Of a stretch of 23,612 nt of DNA, positions 7,945-17,703 are shown piece after piece. The stretch is taken from the IMG/VR virus record IMGVR_UViG_2728369591_000007. The stretch is one strand, 5' to 3'. Each line of letters opens with the position of its first letter. Within the stretch, counting starts at the first letter, position 1. The position numbers were made by a program, and so were the translations under genes. The DNA comes from a virus. Taxonomy: Duplodnaviria; Heunggongvirae; Uroviricota; Caudoviricetes. The notes under the pieces are model-generated. The model ran no database searches, was not told the DNA's origin, and saw nothing but the letters and a program-made list of their open reading frames with translations.

Positions 7945-10687
7945 TCTTATCCGTCAGGTTATCAGTGCGTCTGAAAACAACTGGCCTCATGTGCTGGGCT
8001 GCCTGAACATAAATGTCCCTGACTCTCCGCGCCGTCATGCTCCCTGCCCTGCATGTGGGGGCAAAGATCGATTCCGGTTCGATGACAACGGGCGCGGTAG
8101 CTTCATCTGTAATCAGTGCGGCGCTGGTGATGGGCTGGATTTAATTAAACGCGTAAATAACTGCGACACAACAGAGGCGGCGCTTCTTGCCGCTGATGTT
8201 CTGGGTATTGATTACCGGACAACGGAAACACCAGAAGCCACCAGCCAGAAACGGGAACAACTGGAAACCGAGCGCCAGCGACGCGAACAGGAGCGCCTGA
8301 AAAGGGCAGAGAAGGACGAACAACAAAGACGGGATACGTTTTCCCGTCAGTTTGATGACATGCGCAGAAAGGCTGTAAACGGCAAATCTGATTATTTGGT
8401 TGCGAAAGGGGTAGGTGATTTTACATTCCCCGTGTTGCCCGATGGATCTCTGTTGCTGGCGCTGGTGGATAAATCCGGCGCAGTAACAGCAGCACAGACT
8501 ATTACCTCACATGGTGAAAAAAGACTCCTGACAGGTTCAGCAAAGCGGGGGGCATATCACGCCATAAACGCACCAGAAACAACACAGAGCATCTTAATCG
8601 CAGAAGGGCTGGCAACGGCATTATCTGCCCATTTAATTCGTCCAGAGGCGCTGACAGTGGCGGCGATTGATGCCGGGAACCTGTTATATGTCGCCCAGGT
8701 ACTGCGGGATAAATTTCCTTCAGCACAAATCATCATTGCTGCGGATAACGACCACAGCGAAGGAAGACAAAACACGGGGAGAATAGCAGCAGAAAAAGCA
8801 GCTTTATCTGTTTCTGGATGGGTGGCATTACCCCCGACAGATCACAAAGCAGACTGGAATGATTACCACCAAAAACACGGCATTAAATGCGCCACAGAAG
8901 CGTTCAATAAGTCAATGTACCAACCACAGGGTAATGGCGTGAAACAGGAGCCACAGACCATTGAGGGAAGCGATTTTAAGGTTATGGATACCGACCCACT
9001 GAAACCAAGAATAGAAAGCCGCGAGGATGGTATTTATTGGGTATCTCCGAGAGCTGACAGCCAGAGTGGAGAAATCATCAATAACGAAAGCTGGTTATGT
9101 TCTCCGTTAAGCGTTATCGGTACTGGCAGAGACGATAAAGACCAGTATCTCATTCTTCGCTGGCTGTCGTTTGGTTCTGAAACGCCGACAACCGCTGCCA
9201 TTCCACTGGCTGATATTGGTGAACGTGAAGGATGGCGCACACTTAAAGCTGGTGGGGTAAATGTCACGACCAAAAGCAGCCTCAGAGCAATGCTGGCAGA
9301 CTGGCTACAACGCAGTGGCTCTCGTGAATTGTGGCGTGTTGCTCATGCCACTGGCTGGCAATGCGGAGCGTACATCATGCCTGATGGGGAAATCATCGGA
9401 ACACCTGAAAATCCTGTGCTGTTCAGCGGGAGAAGCTCAGCCGCAGCCGGATATACCGTCTCAGGGAGCGCGCAAAGCTGGCGTGATAACGTGGCGCGTC
9501 TGGCCTTTGGTAACTATTCAATGATGACCGGGATCGGCGCAGCACTGGCAGCACCATTGATTGGGCTGGTGGGCGCTGACGGGTTCGGCATTCATTTCTA
9601 TGAGCAGTCGAGCGCAGGTAAGACCACCACGGCAAACGTGGCGAGCAGCTTATACGGCAACCCTGATTTACTGCGGCTGACGTGGTACGGAACCGCGCTG
9701 GGGCTGGCAAATGAGGCCGCCGCCCACAATGACGGACTAATGCCGCTTGATGAAGTTGGTCAGGGCGCTGATCCTGTCAGCGTTTCACAGTCTGCCTATG
9801 CGTTATTTAACGGTGTAGGGAAACTGCAAGGCGCTAAAGATGGTGGAAACCGGGATCTAAAACGTTGGCGTACAGTGGCAATCAGCACCGGAGAAATGGA
9901 TTTAGAAACATTTATCGCTACTTCCGGGCGAAAAACCAAAGCCGGGCAACTGGTGCGACTGCTGAATATTCCGTTGACTAAAGCAGTACGCTTTCACGAT
10001 TACCAGAACGGAAAACAGCACGCAGACGCACTGAAAGACGCTTACCAGCATCACCACGGCGCGTCCGGGCGTGAGTGGATTAAATGGCTGGCAGACCACC
10101 AGCAACAGGCTATTAAAACCGTTCGTGATTGCGAAAGCAGATGGAGAAGCCTGATCCCATCCGATTATGGTGAGCAGGTTCACCGTGTAGCCGCGCGATT
10201 TGCCATTCTGGAGGCCGCATTGTTGTTAGGCGAGGTTGTAACAGGCTGGGATGCTCAGACATGCCGTGATGCGATACAGCACAGCTATAACGCATGGTTG
10301 CGCGAGTTCGGCACAGGTAACAAAGAGCATCAGCAGATTATTGAACAAACGGAGGCATTTCTTAATGCCTATGGGCTTAGCCGTTTTGCACCATTTCCAT
10401 ACAGCCCGGCAGATTTGCCCATCAAAGATTTAGCCGGATACCGTCAGCGTGGAGAACATGACGAAAGCCCAATGATTTTCTACACATTCCCGGCCACATT
10501 TGAAAAGGAGATCGCATGTGGTTTCAACGCAAAACAGTTTGCTGAAGTGTTGAAAAAAGCCGGGATGCTAACCCCACCAAACAGCGGTCGTGGATACCAA
10601 AGAAAATCACCACGTATTCAGGGACGACAAATAAACGTTTATGTACTCAATTACCAGCCAGGAGATTATAACTCATCTGAAGAATGA
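7928..10687 (+). CDS. replicative primase-helicase, P4 alpha-like (zinc ribbon + TOPRIM + P-loop NTPase), 919 aa
   Basis: Zinc ribbon CPACGG-x17-CNQCG; TOPRIM-like IIAEGLATALSAH and IIIAADNDHSEG; Walker A-like SSAGKTT and Walker B-like LMPLDEVG; iteron cluster immediately downstream. Confidence 0.85.
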   Translation: MMRNIDLIRQVISASENNWPHVLGCLNINVPDSPRRHAPCPACGGKDRFRFDDNGRGSFICNQCGAGDGLDLIKRVNNCDTTEAALLAADVLGIDYRTTETPEATSQKREQLETERQRREQERLKRAEKDEQQRRDTFSRQFDDMRRKAVNGKSDYLVAKGVGDFTFPVLPDGSLLLALVDKSGAVTAAQTITSHGEKRLLTGSAKRGAYHAINAPETTQSILIAEGLATALSAHLIRPEALTVAAIDAGNLLYVAQVLRDKFPSAQIIIAADNDHSEGRQNTGRIAAEKAALSVSGWVALPPTDHKADWNDYHQKHGIKCATEAFNKSMYQPQGNGVKQEPQTIEGSDFKVMDTDPLKPRIESREDGIYWVSPRADSQSGEIINNESWLCSPLSVIGTGRDDKDQYLILRWLSFGSETPTTAAIPLADIGEREGWRTLKAGGVNVTTKSSLRAMLADWLQRSGSRELWRVAHATGWQCGAYIMPDGEIIGTPENPVLFSGRSSAAAGYTVSGSAQSWRDNVARLAFGNYSMMTGIGAALAAPLIGLVGADGFGIHFYEQSSAGKTTTANVASSLYGNPDLLRLTWYGTALGLANEAAAHNDGLMPLDEVGQGADPVSVSQSAYALFNGVGKLQGAKDGGNRDLKRWRTVAISTGEMDLETFIATSGRKTKAGQLVRLLNIPLTKAVRFHDYQNGKQHADALKDAYQHHHGASGREWIKWLADHQQQAIKTVRDCESRWRSLIPSDYGEQVHRVAARFAILEAALLLGEVVTGWDAQTCRDAIQHSYNAWLREFGTGNKEHQQIIEQTEAFLNAYGLSRFAPFPYSPADLPIKDLAGYRQRGEHDESPMIFYTFPATFEKEIACGFNAKQFAEVLKKAGMLTPPNSGRGYQRKSPRIQGRQINVYVLNYQPGDYNSSEE

Positions 10688-10712
10688 GATTCTTCATGTG
10701 CGTAGAAAAGGT

Positions 10713-10823
10713 GTTGGTTCAGTTGGTTCAGTTGGTTCAATTTGTAAAGAGTATTGTTTTATAAGGATTTTATTCTTTTTATTGAACCAACACTGAACCA
10801 ACAACACGGTATTTTGAACCAAC
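10713..10823. repeat. Iteron cluster 1 (candidate ori): 3 tandem GTTGGTTCA, AT-rich spacer, 3 inverted TGAACCAAC
   Basis: GTTGGTTCA at 10713-10721, 10722-10730, 10731-10739; TGAACCAAC at 10783-10791, 10794-10802, 10815-10823; begins 26 bp after the primase stop. Confidence 0.7.
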
Positions 10824-11143
10824 ACAATGTGACTGAATTGATGCGCACAACACCTGGCTGGCATCAGAGAGTGTTTTACGAGACTTTCGTAAAATCCTGT
10901 GTACAAGGGCGTGACGTTTTTGAAAGTGAGCACTACGAAATTTTCGTAGTTCAAAAAACAGCCTCTGAGAAGTTGTTATGCCTGTTCAGCAAACCATCCG
11001 CATAGCTGATCGCGAATCAAATTACCAATGGAGCCAGAAGCAAGGGCAGAACTGAAAAGCGCCTGCCGTGAAGAGTAATGCGACACCATAAATATAGTTT
11101 TTAGAGTCCATAAAAAACCTGTCAAAACCTGACACACAGAACG

Positions 11144-11177
11144 ATGCCACCAGCTACTGAGCGGTGGCATTTTTTTG
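11144..11177 (+). terminator. Candidate intrinsic terminator ending the early/replication operon
   Basis: ATGCCACC-(11-nt loop)-GGTGGCAT followed by TTTTTTT. Confidence 0.6.
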
Positions 11178-11271
11178 TGCTATTTGTTTCATATTTTGCA
11201 ATTACGATGATGAATATTGCGATTTGTGAAACTATAATAACTGTTGTTTTATACAGTTCTAAGGGGGCGTT

Positions 11272-11433
11272 ATGGCTATTTCAGTAAAGCCGGTATTGAT
11301 AAGTGAGAAGCAAATGGAAGCGATAAAGAAAATTCAGGAAGAGCAGCGTAAAAAATCAGGAATTGGAGTAGCGCCAACTCTGCATGAAATTGCACGAGGG
11401 TTAATAGATAAGGCGCTGGCAGGCTGTATGTGA
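11272..11433 (+). CDS. small protein, 53 aa, possible ribbon-helix-helix-like regulator (speculative)
   Basis: Below the track's length cutoff; ATG at 11272 with SD AAGGGGG upstream; TATAAT at 11233-11238; translation MAISVKPVLISEKQMEAIKKIQEEQRKKSGIGVAPTLHEIARGLIDKALAGCM. Confidence 0.45.
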   Translation: MAISVKPVLISEKQMEAIKKIQEEQRKKSGIGVAPTLHEIARGLIDKALAGCM

Positions 11434-11449
11434 AAATGGATGGCATCGC

Positions 11450-11911
11450 ATGGAACTAAAATTTATTGATAACCCTGTGCGATTACAGGCCTTTCTTAAC
11501 GAGCCAGGCAATACCGAAAATATTGTTGAGCCGGGGCACACGTACTACATCAAGCCTGATGCGGTATATCTCGGCATCTACGAAGGATTAGTGCTGGCTG
11601 GCGTTCATGAAGTGCGTAACTTCTGGCATAGCGTTGTTGAATGCCATGCGGTGTACGACCCCGGATTCCGTGGTGAATATGCACTGCAAGGGCATCGATT
11701 ATTCTGCAAATGGCTTCTCGAAAACTCACCATTCCTTAACAGCATTACCATGGTTCCTGACACCACCAAATACGGACGGGCAATTATCCGTTTGCTTGGC
11801 GCTACCCGTGTTGGTCACCTTGATGATGCTTATATCAGATGTGGTAAACCCGTCGGCGTAACGCTTTATCAGTTAACTCGGCAACAATATAAGGAATTCA
11901 GCGAATGTTAA
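11450..11911 (+). CDS. hypothetical protein, 153 aa (first gene of cargo cassette)
   Basis: Co-directional with, and overlapping, the next gene; protein-like sequence; no family recognised. Confidence 0.6.
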   Translation: MELKFIDNPVRLQAFLNEPGNTENIVEPGHTYYIKPDAVYLGIYEGLVLAGVHEVRNFWHSVVECHAVYDPGFRGEYALQGHRLFCKWLLENSPFLNSITMVPDTTKYGRAIIRLLGATRVGHLDDAYIRCGKPVGVTLYQLTRQQYKEFSEC

Positions 11912-12582
11912 TTACCCACATAGCTCATAAACATCTCAATCGTGCCGTATACGAAAAAGGCGGTGATGGTGGTGCCTCTAAAGCTCAGGCGAAGGCCCAG
12001 CAGCAGGCAATTGATTTGCAGCGCGAGCAGTGGAATACGGTGATGAATAATCTCAAGCCGTATGCAGAAGTCGGATTGCCTGCTTTACAACAACTACAAG
12101 GACTGATGACTCTGGAAGGGCAGAATAAAGCCGCGAATGATTTCTTTGGTTCTGGTTTATATAAAACACAGGCAGATCAGGCCCGTTATCAGAACCTTGT
12201 CTCAGCAGAAGCTACCGGGGGGCTTGGCTCAACAGCTACCAGTAACCAGTTATCTTCCATTGCGCCCATGCTTTATAACAATTGGCTTAGTGGGCAAATG
12301 CAAAATTATGGAAACCTGCTAAATGTCGGGATGAATGCGGCATCAGGGCAGGCAACAGCAGGGCAAAACTACGCCAATAATACCGGACAACTCTTGCAGG
12401 GGCTTGGCGCTATTCGTGCAGGTCAGGCGCAGCAGCCATCCAGTCTTGCGCGTGGTATTGGTGGGGCAGCATCAGGCGCTTTAGCGGGTGCGCAACTTGG
12501 TTCCGTTGTTCCTGGAATAGGTACTGCGGCAGGCGCTATTGGTGGTGGGCTTATTGGTCTTGTTGGGGGGCTTGGATTCTAA
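11905..12582 (+). CDS. Gln/Gly-rich protein with C-terminal glycine-zipper hydrophobic segment, 225 aa (ejection/pilot-protein-like)
   Basis: C-terminus GIGGAASGALAGAQLGSVVPGIGTAAGAIGGGLIGLVGGLGF; stop overlaps the next start (TAATG). Confidence 0.6.
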   Translation: MLITHIAHKHLNRAVYEKGGDGGASKAQAKAQQQAIDLQREQWNTVMNNLKPYAEVGLPALQQLQGLMTLEGQNKAANDFFGSGLYKTQADQARYQNLVSAEATGGLGSTATSNQLSSIAPMLYNNWLSGQMQNYGNLLNVGMNAASGQATAGQNYANNTGQLLQGLGAIRAGQAQQPSSLARGIGGAASGALAGAQLGSVVPGIGTAAGAIGGGLIGLVGGLGF

Positions 12583-13901
12583 TGGCGACATGGCAACTTG
12601 GCGGGCTGCCTAGCATGGCACCGCAAAATGATAATGCTCCTCGTTCTTCCGTTCCTCAGCCTGTGCAGTATCAGCAGCAGCCAAACGTAGGTTTAATGGC
12701 GCTACAGGGGCTAAGAGGCGTTGCTGAGATTAATCAGCAGGCGCAAATTTCCCAGCAGCTAAAAGAATATCAGGCACAGTTGGGTAGTGCGGTAGCTAAT
12801 AATGATCGTGTTGGCGTGCAGAAGTTAATGGCCCAGTATCCCCAGTTTATGGCTGATTCTCAAAAACAGATGGGATTCATTGATGCTGAGCAAAATCGGC
12901 AGACCGCTGACGCTGCCATGAATCTGCGTCTTGCGTCACAAACTGGAGATCCACTGACCATGCAGAAGGCCATTCAGCAGGCAAATCCAGTATTACAGCG
13001 ATTTGGTCTTCCTGCTGAAGAGGTTTATCAGTCTTGGCAGAATGACCCACAGGAATTCAACAGAATCACTGACCTCATCCACCTCCATGCTGATCCAAAT
13101 AGTTACTTTAGTGTTCAAGAGAAGCAGCAAGGGCAGAGTATTGCACAGCAGAACGCAGATACATCTGCATATAATGCTCAGGTTAATGCGGAACAGGGTA
13201 ATCGGCGTCTCGATATGGAGCAGTTCAAAGTCCTATCCGATAACCAGCTACGCACGAGAGAAATGGTTCTGAAAGCACGACTTGGACGTGCTCAAAATGA
13301 CATCGAGAGAGACAAGCTCAATGCTGAACTGAGCAAGGTACAGCAGGCGAAAGTGGAGAAGATGAACGATAAAATTAATACTGTTGCAGGTAACATCGAC
13401 TCCTTGAACTCTGCGCTTGAAGTGGGTCATGAACTGGCGGGAATTGTAGGGAAACATCCTTCGGCCGTTACCCGTTCGCAGAACTATAACCCCCTGACGC
13501 TGGGGTTTGGATTCCTTCCTGATGTAGCAGAAGACACACGAAGCCTACGCGCCAAAGCTGATGAATACAACCTAAAGGTTATTCTGCCTAGCCTCAAAGG
13601 GACTTTTGGCTCTAACCCAACCGAAGGGGAAAGGGCTGCCCTTATGCAATCTCAAAATGGCATTAAGTCAGCAACCAGCAATGAGGCATTTTTGCGAGAG
13701 TTGAATAAAGCGCAGGACGTAATTATTCGAATGCAGAAACGACAGATTGCCGGGCTCGGTATTCCTGTAACCAAATCTAAGGACGAAGAAACTGATACTA
13801 AAATGCTGTTGCAGGATCCTTCTCTGGTTAAGGATTATGTGACCGCACATGGCTATCTGCCGGAAAGTTACTATCAGGCAAAACTTAAGGGATGGCAATG
13901 A
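12582..13901 (+). CDS. Gln-rich predicted coiled-coil protein, 439 aa (internal-virion/ejection-protein-like)
   Basis: Long Q/A/N-rich helical-looking sequence; translationally coupled to both flanking genes. Confidence 0.6.
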   Translation: MATWQLGGLPSMAPQNDNAPRSSVPQPVQYQQQPNVGLMALQGLRGVAEINQQAQISQQLKEYQAQLGSAVANNDRVGVQKLMAQYPQFMADSQKQMGFIDAEQNRQTADAAMNLRLASQTGDPLTMQKAIQQANPVLQRFGLPAEEVYQSWQNDPQEFNRITDLIHLHADPNSYFSVQEKQQGQSIAQQNADTSAYNAQVNAEQGNRRLDMEQFKVLSDNQLRTREMVLKARLGRAQNDIERDKLNAELSKVQQAKVEKMNDKINTVAGNIDSLNSALEVGHELAGIVGKHPSAVTRSQNYNPLTLGFGFLPDVAEDTRSLRAKADEYNLKVILPSLKGTFGSNPTEGERAALMQSQNGIKSATSNEAFLRELNKAQDVIIRMQKRQIAGLGIPVTKSKDEETDTKMLLQDPSLVKDYVTAHGYLPESYYQAKLKGWQ

Positions 13902-16618
13902 TGGCACAACTGACAGAAAAACAGAAAGCCTATTCCCGTCATCTCGATGAAAAATATGGTTTCCCATCAGGGACGATGGAAACATTAGTTGGCAATGAAT
14001 CTAGTGGTAACGGAAGTGCCGAGTCACCGAAAGGAGCTAGAGGATTTGCTCAACTGATGCCCTCAGTAATGAGTGATGCTGGTTATCGTGGAACAGATCC
14101 GCGCTCACTGCCATTTGAAAAGCAAATGGATATCGCAGCAAACCATCTCAATAAAGGAATGAAGCGATTTGGTGATATAGGTATGGCATTGGCTGGGTAT
14201 AATTCTGGCTATGCTCGTATTAATGCCGTAAGAAACGGTAAATCTACACTGCCAGATGAAACGGCTAATTACGTAAGTAAATTTGCAGATGCCGGAATAA
14301 TCCCTGATGACAGTGAAATCTTGCAGTTTGCACAAACCAGTCAACATCGCAATCTTCAGCAGCCTGACTACTCAGAGCTTGATAAAGAAATCTCTCAGGT
14401 GGGAGATATTTCTGCATGGGAAGCAAAACGTCAGCAATTTAAGAACATAGAAGCAGGACTACCAACAGCCAGTTCATGGGAGCAGAAAAGAGCTCATTTT
14501 CTCGCCGATGAAAATGCCGGGGAACCGCAGCAGCAAGTAGCCAAGTCTAACCTTAATCCTGAGATGGAATATCTTTCGCCAGGACTGAAAGCTGCGCCAG
14601 AGCAGATGGCCAGAGGGATTGCTAATATACCGTTTGATGTAATGGACGCAGGCGTGGGGGTAGTCAATGCGGCGCAATCAGCCGGAGCATGGGCAGCTCA
14701 GAAGCTTGGTGTGGGTGATGGTACATACACGCCCATATCACCTGTCTTTCGCCCAGTAGACCAACCTACAGATCCATACGCGCAGGCTGGTGAGCAGCTA
14801 GCACCTTACCTTATTACAGGATTAGGTGCAGGAAAGGCAGCTACCGCAGCTTCTTCAGTTGCCAACGCTCCACGTGCTGAACGTGCGGCCACAAAGGTGG
14901 CTAGTATGTTGGCAGAAAACCTGCCAGGTACATTGGTGAACGCCCAAAAGAACGGGCAGATCAGCCCAGAAGACCTAGCAAAAGAGACAGGTATTGGCCT
15001 AGCAGGATCGCTAGGAGCACGCGCTTTAATAAAGAGCGGACAGACAGCCAGTGACGTAATGCGAGATGTATTGCGGAGTAATACAAATCAATCAAGCTAT
15101 GTGTTAGGGGCAGCAAATACTCTGGAAACCGCCAATGATGTATCGAAAGCAGCGCGTTCTGCCGTAGGCCGAGAGCATATCGCATCGCAGGCATCAAACG
15201 TCAGAGATGATGTCGCTAAGGCGGCGAAAATCACTGGTATTAATATCAACACCCTGACGCCTGGAATGCGCTCAGGTAGTCGTGGAATTGCCCAAGCAGA
15301 AGGTGTTCTGGCATCAACTCCTGGGAATGTTCAGGATGCTCACCTTACGGCCTTCAATGAAATATCCTCAAAGTTGAATAAGCAGTTGTCTGATTTCGGT
15401 GCTGAGTCTGGAAGCGCATCAGAAAAAAGCGCAGCAATTAAAGAGCGCATCATCGCGAGCCTCAGTGATATGAAAACAGCAGAGAATATGGCATGGGCAG
15501 AACTGCGAAGCACGATGCCACGCGAAAGGATGAAAATGAGTAATGGGATGGCTGTCGTCCAAGCAGAAAAAGCAGCCAATGTTCCACTCAGCCCGGAGAT
15601 GAAACAGTTTCAGGCTGCCAATAACCAAGGTGGCGGCATAACCTTCGACGGGATGAAGGCATGGCGTGCTAAGTTTGCTGATGCTGAACAAGCAAACACC
15701 CGGGCAGGTAAGGCCAATGCCGCCCGGGTTGCCGGAGAAATGCGCAGAGCTATCACTGATGACATGCGCATCATGGCTGAAAAAGGAAACTTCCTCACAG
15801 AATGGCAGAAAGCTAACGATCTCTCTAAAAGTTACATTATCGCCAAACAAAATGCCGAATCTGTTTTTGGTCGAGATCTCGCATCAGACGCTATGGTAAG
15901 AAAAGGTGCCGATACGCTTAAGGCATCCGCAAACACTGGAACGGGAGCTTTTCACCGTCTTATCTCCGCGCTGCCGGAAGCAGAACGCCAACCAGCAATA
16001 GCATCTATTCTTCAGCATGCTGTGGCGCAGGGAGAGAAGGGAGGAATCGGTGAAGAGTCTGGTATCCAGTATTTTGCCAAGCTCATGACCCAGCAGAATG
16101 TAAACGCCATCAGTCGTCATGCGCCAGATCTCGGTAGAATGATGAAAGAGTTCGGTGTACTCGCTAAAGCCAGCACCAGACCGCAGCGATACGTAGAGCG
16201 CACGGGAAGAACAACTGAGGCTCTCAAAACGCTCGATTCAGGCCTTCCAAAGATCGTCGGCGTGATTATGAACGGAGTTCAACAGTCAGGTGCGATCGCT
16301 GGAGGCTTTGGCGGTGGTGTAATTGGTTCGATTAGTGGTTTGGTTGCTGGTGGCGCGCTGAGAAATACTGTGGCTAAGATTGGGGCGACAAGAAGTGGTC
16401 GATATGCGATAGAGAAAGCCGTTCAGGAAGCTACAAAAGCAGTGCGCGCAGGGGCATCACCAGCAGCGATCGCCGCAGCAGAGAAACGATTTTCGGCCAA
16501 TAAAATTGCCATGAAAGCAATTCGTGATGCCGTTGGGGCTGAAGAATTCGTGAAACTGACAAGGGCCGGGATTGTAGCTACCCTCAGTGGCATGAAAGAT
16601 GTTAGCGAATGGGAATAG
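13892..16618 (+). CDS. large protein with N-terminal lytic transglycosylase (SLT) domain and C-terminal glycine-rich hydrophobic segment, 908 aa
   Basis: SLT family signature near the N-terminus: catalytic E-S in GNESSGN, GFAQLMPS, and AGYNSGYAR; C-terminal GAIAGGFGGGVIGSISGLVAGGAL; architecture recalls podovirus internal core proteins of the T7 gp16 class. Confidence 0.7.
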   Translation: MAMMAQLTEKQKAYSRHLDEKYGFPSGTMETLVGNESSGNGSAESPKGARGFAQLMPSVMSDAGYRGTDPRSLPFEKQMDIAANHLNKGMKRFGDIGMALAGYNSGYARINAVRNGKSTLPDETANYVSKFADAGIIPDDSEILQFAQTSQHRNLQQPDYSELDKEISQVGDISAWEAKRQQFKNIEAGLPTASSWEQKRAHFLADENAGEPQQQVAKSNLNPEMEYLSPGLKAAPEQMARGIANIPFDVMDAGVGVVNAAQSAGAWAAQKLGVGDGTYTPISPVFRPVDQPTDPYAQAGEQLAPYLITGLGAGKAATAASSVANAPRAERAATKVASMLAENLPGTLVNAQKNGQISPEDLAKETGIGLAGSLGARALIKSGQTASDVMRDVLRSNTNQSSYVLGAANTLETANDVSKAARSAVGREHIASQASNVRDDVAKAAKITGININTLTPGMRSGSRGIAQAEGVLASTPGNVQDAHLTAFNEISSKLNKQLSDFGAESGSASEKSAAIKERIIASLSDMKTAENMAWAELRSTMPRERMKMSNGMAVVQAEKAANVPLSPEMKQFQAANNQGGGITFDGMKAWRAKFADAEQANTRAGKANAARVAGEMRRAITDDMRIMAEKGNFLTEWQKANDLSKSYIIAKQNAESVFGRDLASDAMVRKGADTLKASANTGTGAFHRLISALPEAERQPAIASILQHAVAQGEKGGIGEESGIQYFAKLMTQQNVNAISRHAPDLGRMMKEFGVLAKASTRPQRYVERTGRTTEALKTLDSGLPKIVGVIMNGVQQSGAIAGGFGGGVIGSISGLVAGGALRNTVAKIGATRSGRYAIEKAVQEATKAVRAGASPAAIAAAEKRFSANKIAMKAIRDAVGAEEFVKLTRAGIVATLSGMKDVSEWE

Positions 16619-16768
16619 ACGCTCTAACTAACAAAACCATAATAGCCAAGGACGGCATACTGATATTGAGCCAACTATCAAAATTCCATATCACATTACG
16701 AGCCTGTGGCTTACATTCGCTTACAGTGATGATAATTTATAACCACGCAATTCTTAGGTGAGATTATC

Positions 16769-17467
16769 ATGATTAAAAATCTTCTTTTAATATTATCCCT
16801 GTCATTATTGGCTGGATGCGTACAAAAACCGTTAGTAACGGTCAATGCTTTATCTTCCGGGCAATCTGTCGGTAAGAAGTTCTTGATCATCCCCGCAAGC
16901 CAAGAACTTTGGAACACCAAACAGATTGAATACACTCAAATAGCTACGGTAGTAGCCGCCAGTTTATCAAGCCAAGGATATACACAAGTTAAAGATGAAA
17001 AATTGGCTGACCAGGTAATTCTCTTGAACTTTTTGAGAAGCGGGGCCATTTCAAATACTCGTAATGTAACCATCCCAATATACGGGCAAACTGGTGTGAG
17101 CTCAGCAACAACGTACGGAAACTCGAACACCACGTTCAATAGTTATGGTGGTGGCTACGGTACAGCTAATACCACTGGAACGGCAACAACAGTTTATACG
17201 CCTACTTATGGAATTACTGGCGCGTATAACACAACTGTGACGGACACGTTCTACGGCGCAGGGGTGATACTCCAGTCGTTTGATGCCAAGGCCTATCTCA
17301 ATAATAGGCAGATTAATATGTTATGGAAAGTTGGTAGCTCAGTCGTCTCGCAACAGTCTGATGGAATTGCTGATTACAAGGGGTTGGCGAGAATAGCCGC
17401 TAGCTATGCCGGGAAAAATACAGAAGGTGATATAACTTTTAATGTTGACCCTAAAGCACCAAATTAA
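16769..17467 (+). CDS. lipoprotein, 232 aa, Thr/Gly/Tyr-rich low-complexity mature region
   Basis: Signal peptide with lipobox MIKNLLLILSLSLLAGC; RBS AGGTGA at spacing 8; intrinsic terminator immediately downstream. Confidence 0.7.
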   Translation: MIKNLLLILSLSLLAGCVQKPLVTVNALSSGQSVGKKFLIIPASQELWNTKQIEYTQIATVVAASLSSQGYTQVKDEKLADQVILLNFLRSGAISNTRNVTIPIYGQTGVSSATTYGNSNTTFNSYGGGYGTANTTGTATTVYTPTYGITGAYNTTVTDTFYGAGVILQSFDAKAYLNNRQINMLWKVGSSVVSQQSDGIADYKGLARIAASYAGKNTEGDITFNVDPKAPN

Positions 17468-17473
17468 CTAATA

Positions 17474-17495
17474 AGCCCGGTACGCCGGGCATTTT
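17474..17495 (+). terminator. Intrinsic terminator after the lipoprotein gene
   Basis: GCCCGG-TACG-CCGGGC hairpin followed by ATTTTG. Confidence 0.6.
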
Positions 17496-17680
17496 GCCCC
17501 CTATTATTCATGAATCGCTTTTTCTAGAAGGTATGCGACAAACGTTAAGTGACATTGCCTACACATTCGGGGCGGGATTTCAAATCCGCTCCCAGTTGAT
17601 GGGGCCGTTACAGTACGCGCATATCCGCTTTATGTGAAACAGGAAGATTTTTCTGATATCACTGCCACAGCAAAACACCA

Positions 17681-17703
17681 ATTTCGAGACAAGTACGCGC
17701 GCG
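17681..17703. repeat. CG-alternating 23-bp repeat, copy A
   Basis: ATTTCGAGACAAGTACGCGCGCG; followed by the 20-bp palindrome GTTGCAAAAAATTTTGCAAC at 17714-17733. Confidence 0.6.

Noticed and set aside
10713-10823. Possible CRISPR array from short tandem repeats
   Set aside because: Units are 9 bp, directly abutting or separated by a few bases with no spacer-sized unique segments, and both orientations are present. This is an iteron-type origin, not CRISPR.
10694-11170. Track ORFs 10694-10954(-), 10754-11005(+), 10976-11170(-)
   Set aside because: They lie across the iteron/AT-rich origin region and the terminator, overlap one another and lack convincing RBS. Treated as noncoding.
12137-15899. 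Internal and antisense ORFs within the cargo genes (for example 12137-12322, 13003-13272, 14105-14347, 15419-15850)
   Set aside because: Fully contained in longer, translationally coupled genes; no independent support.
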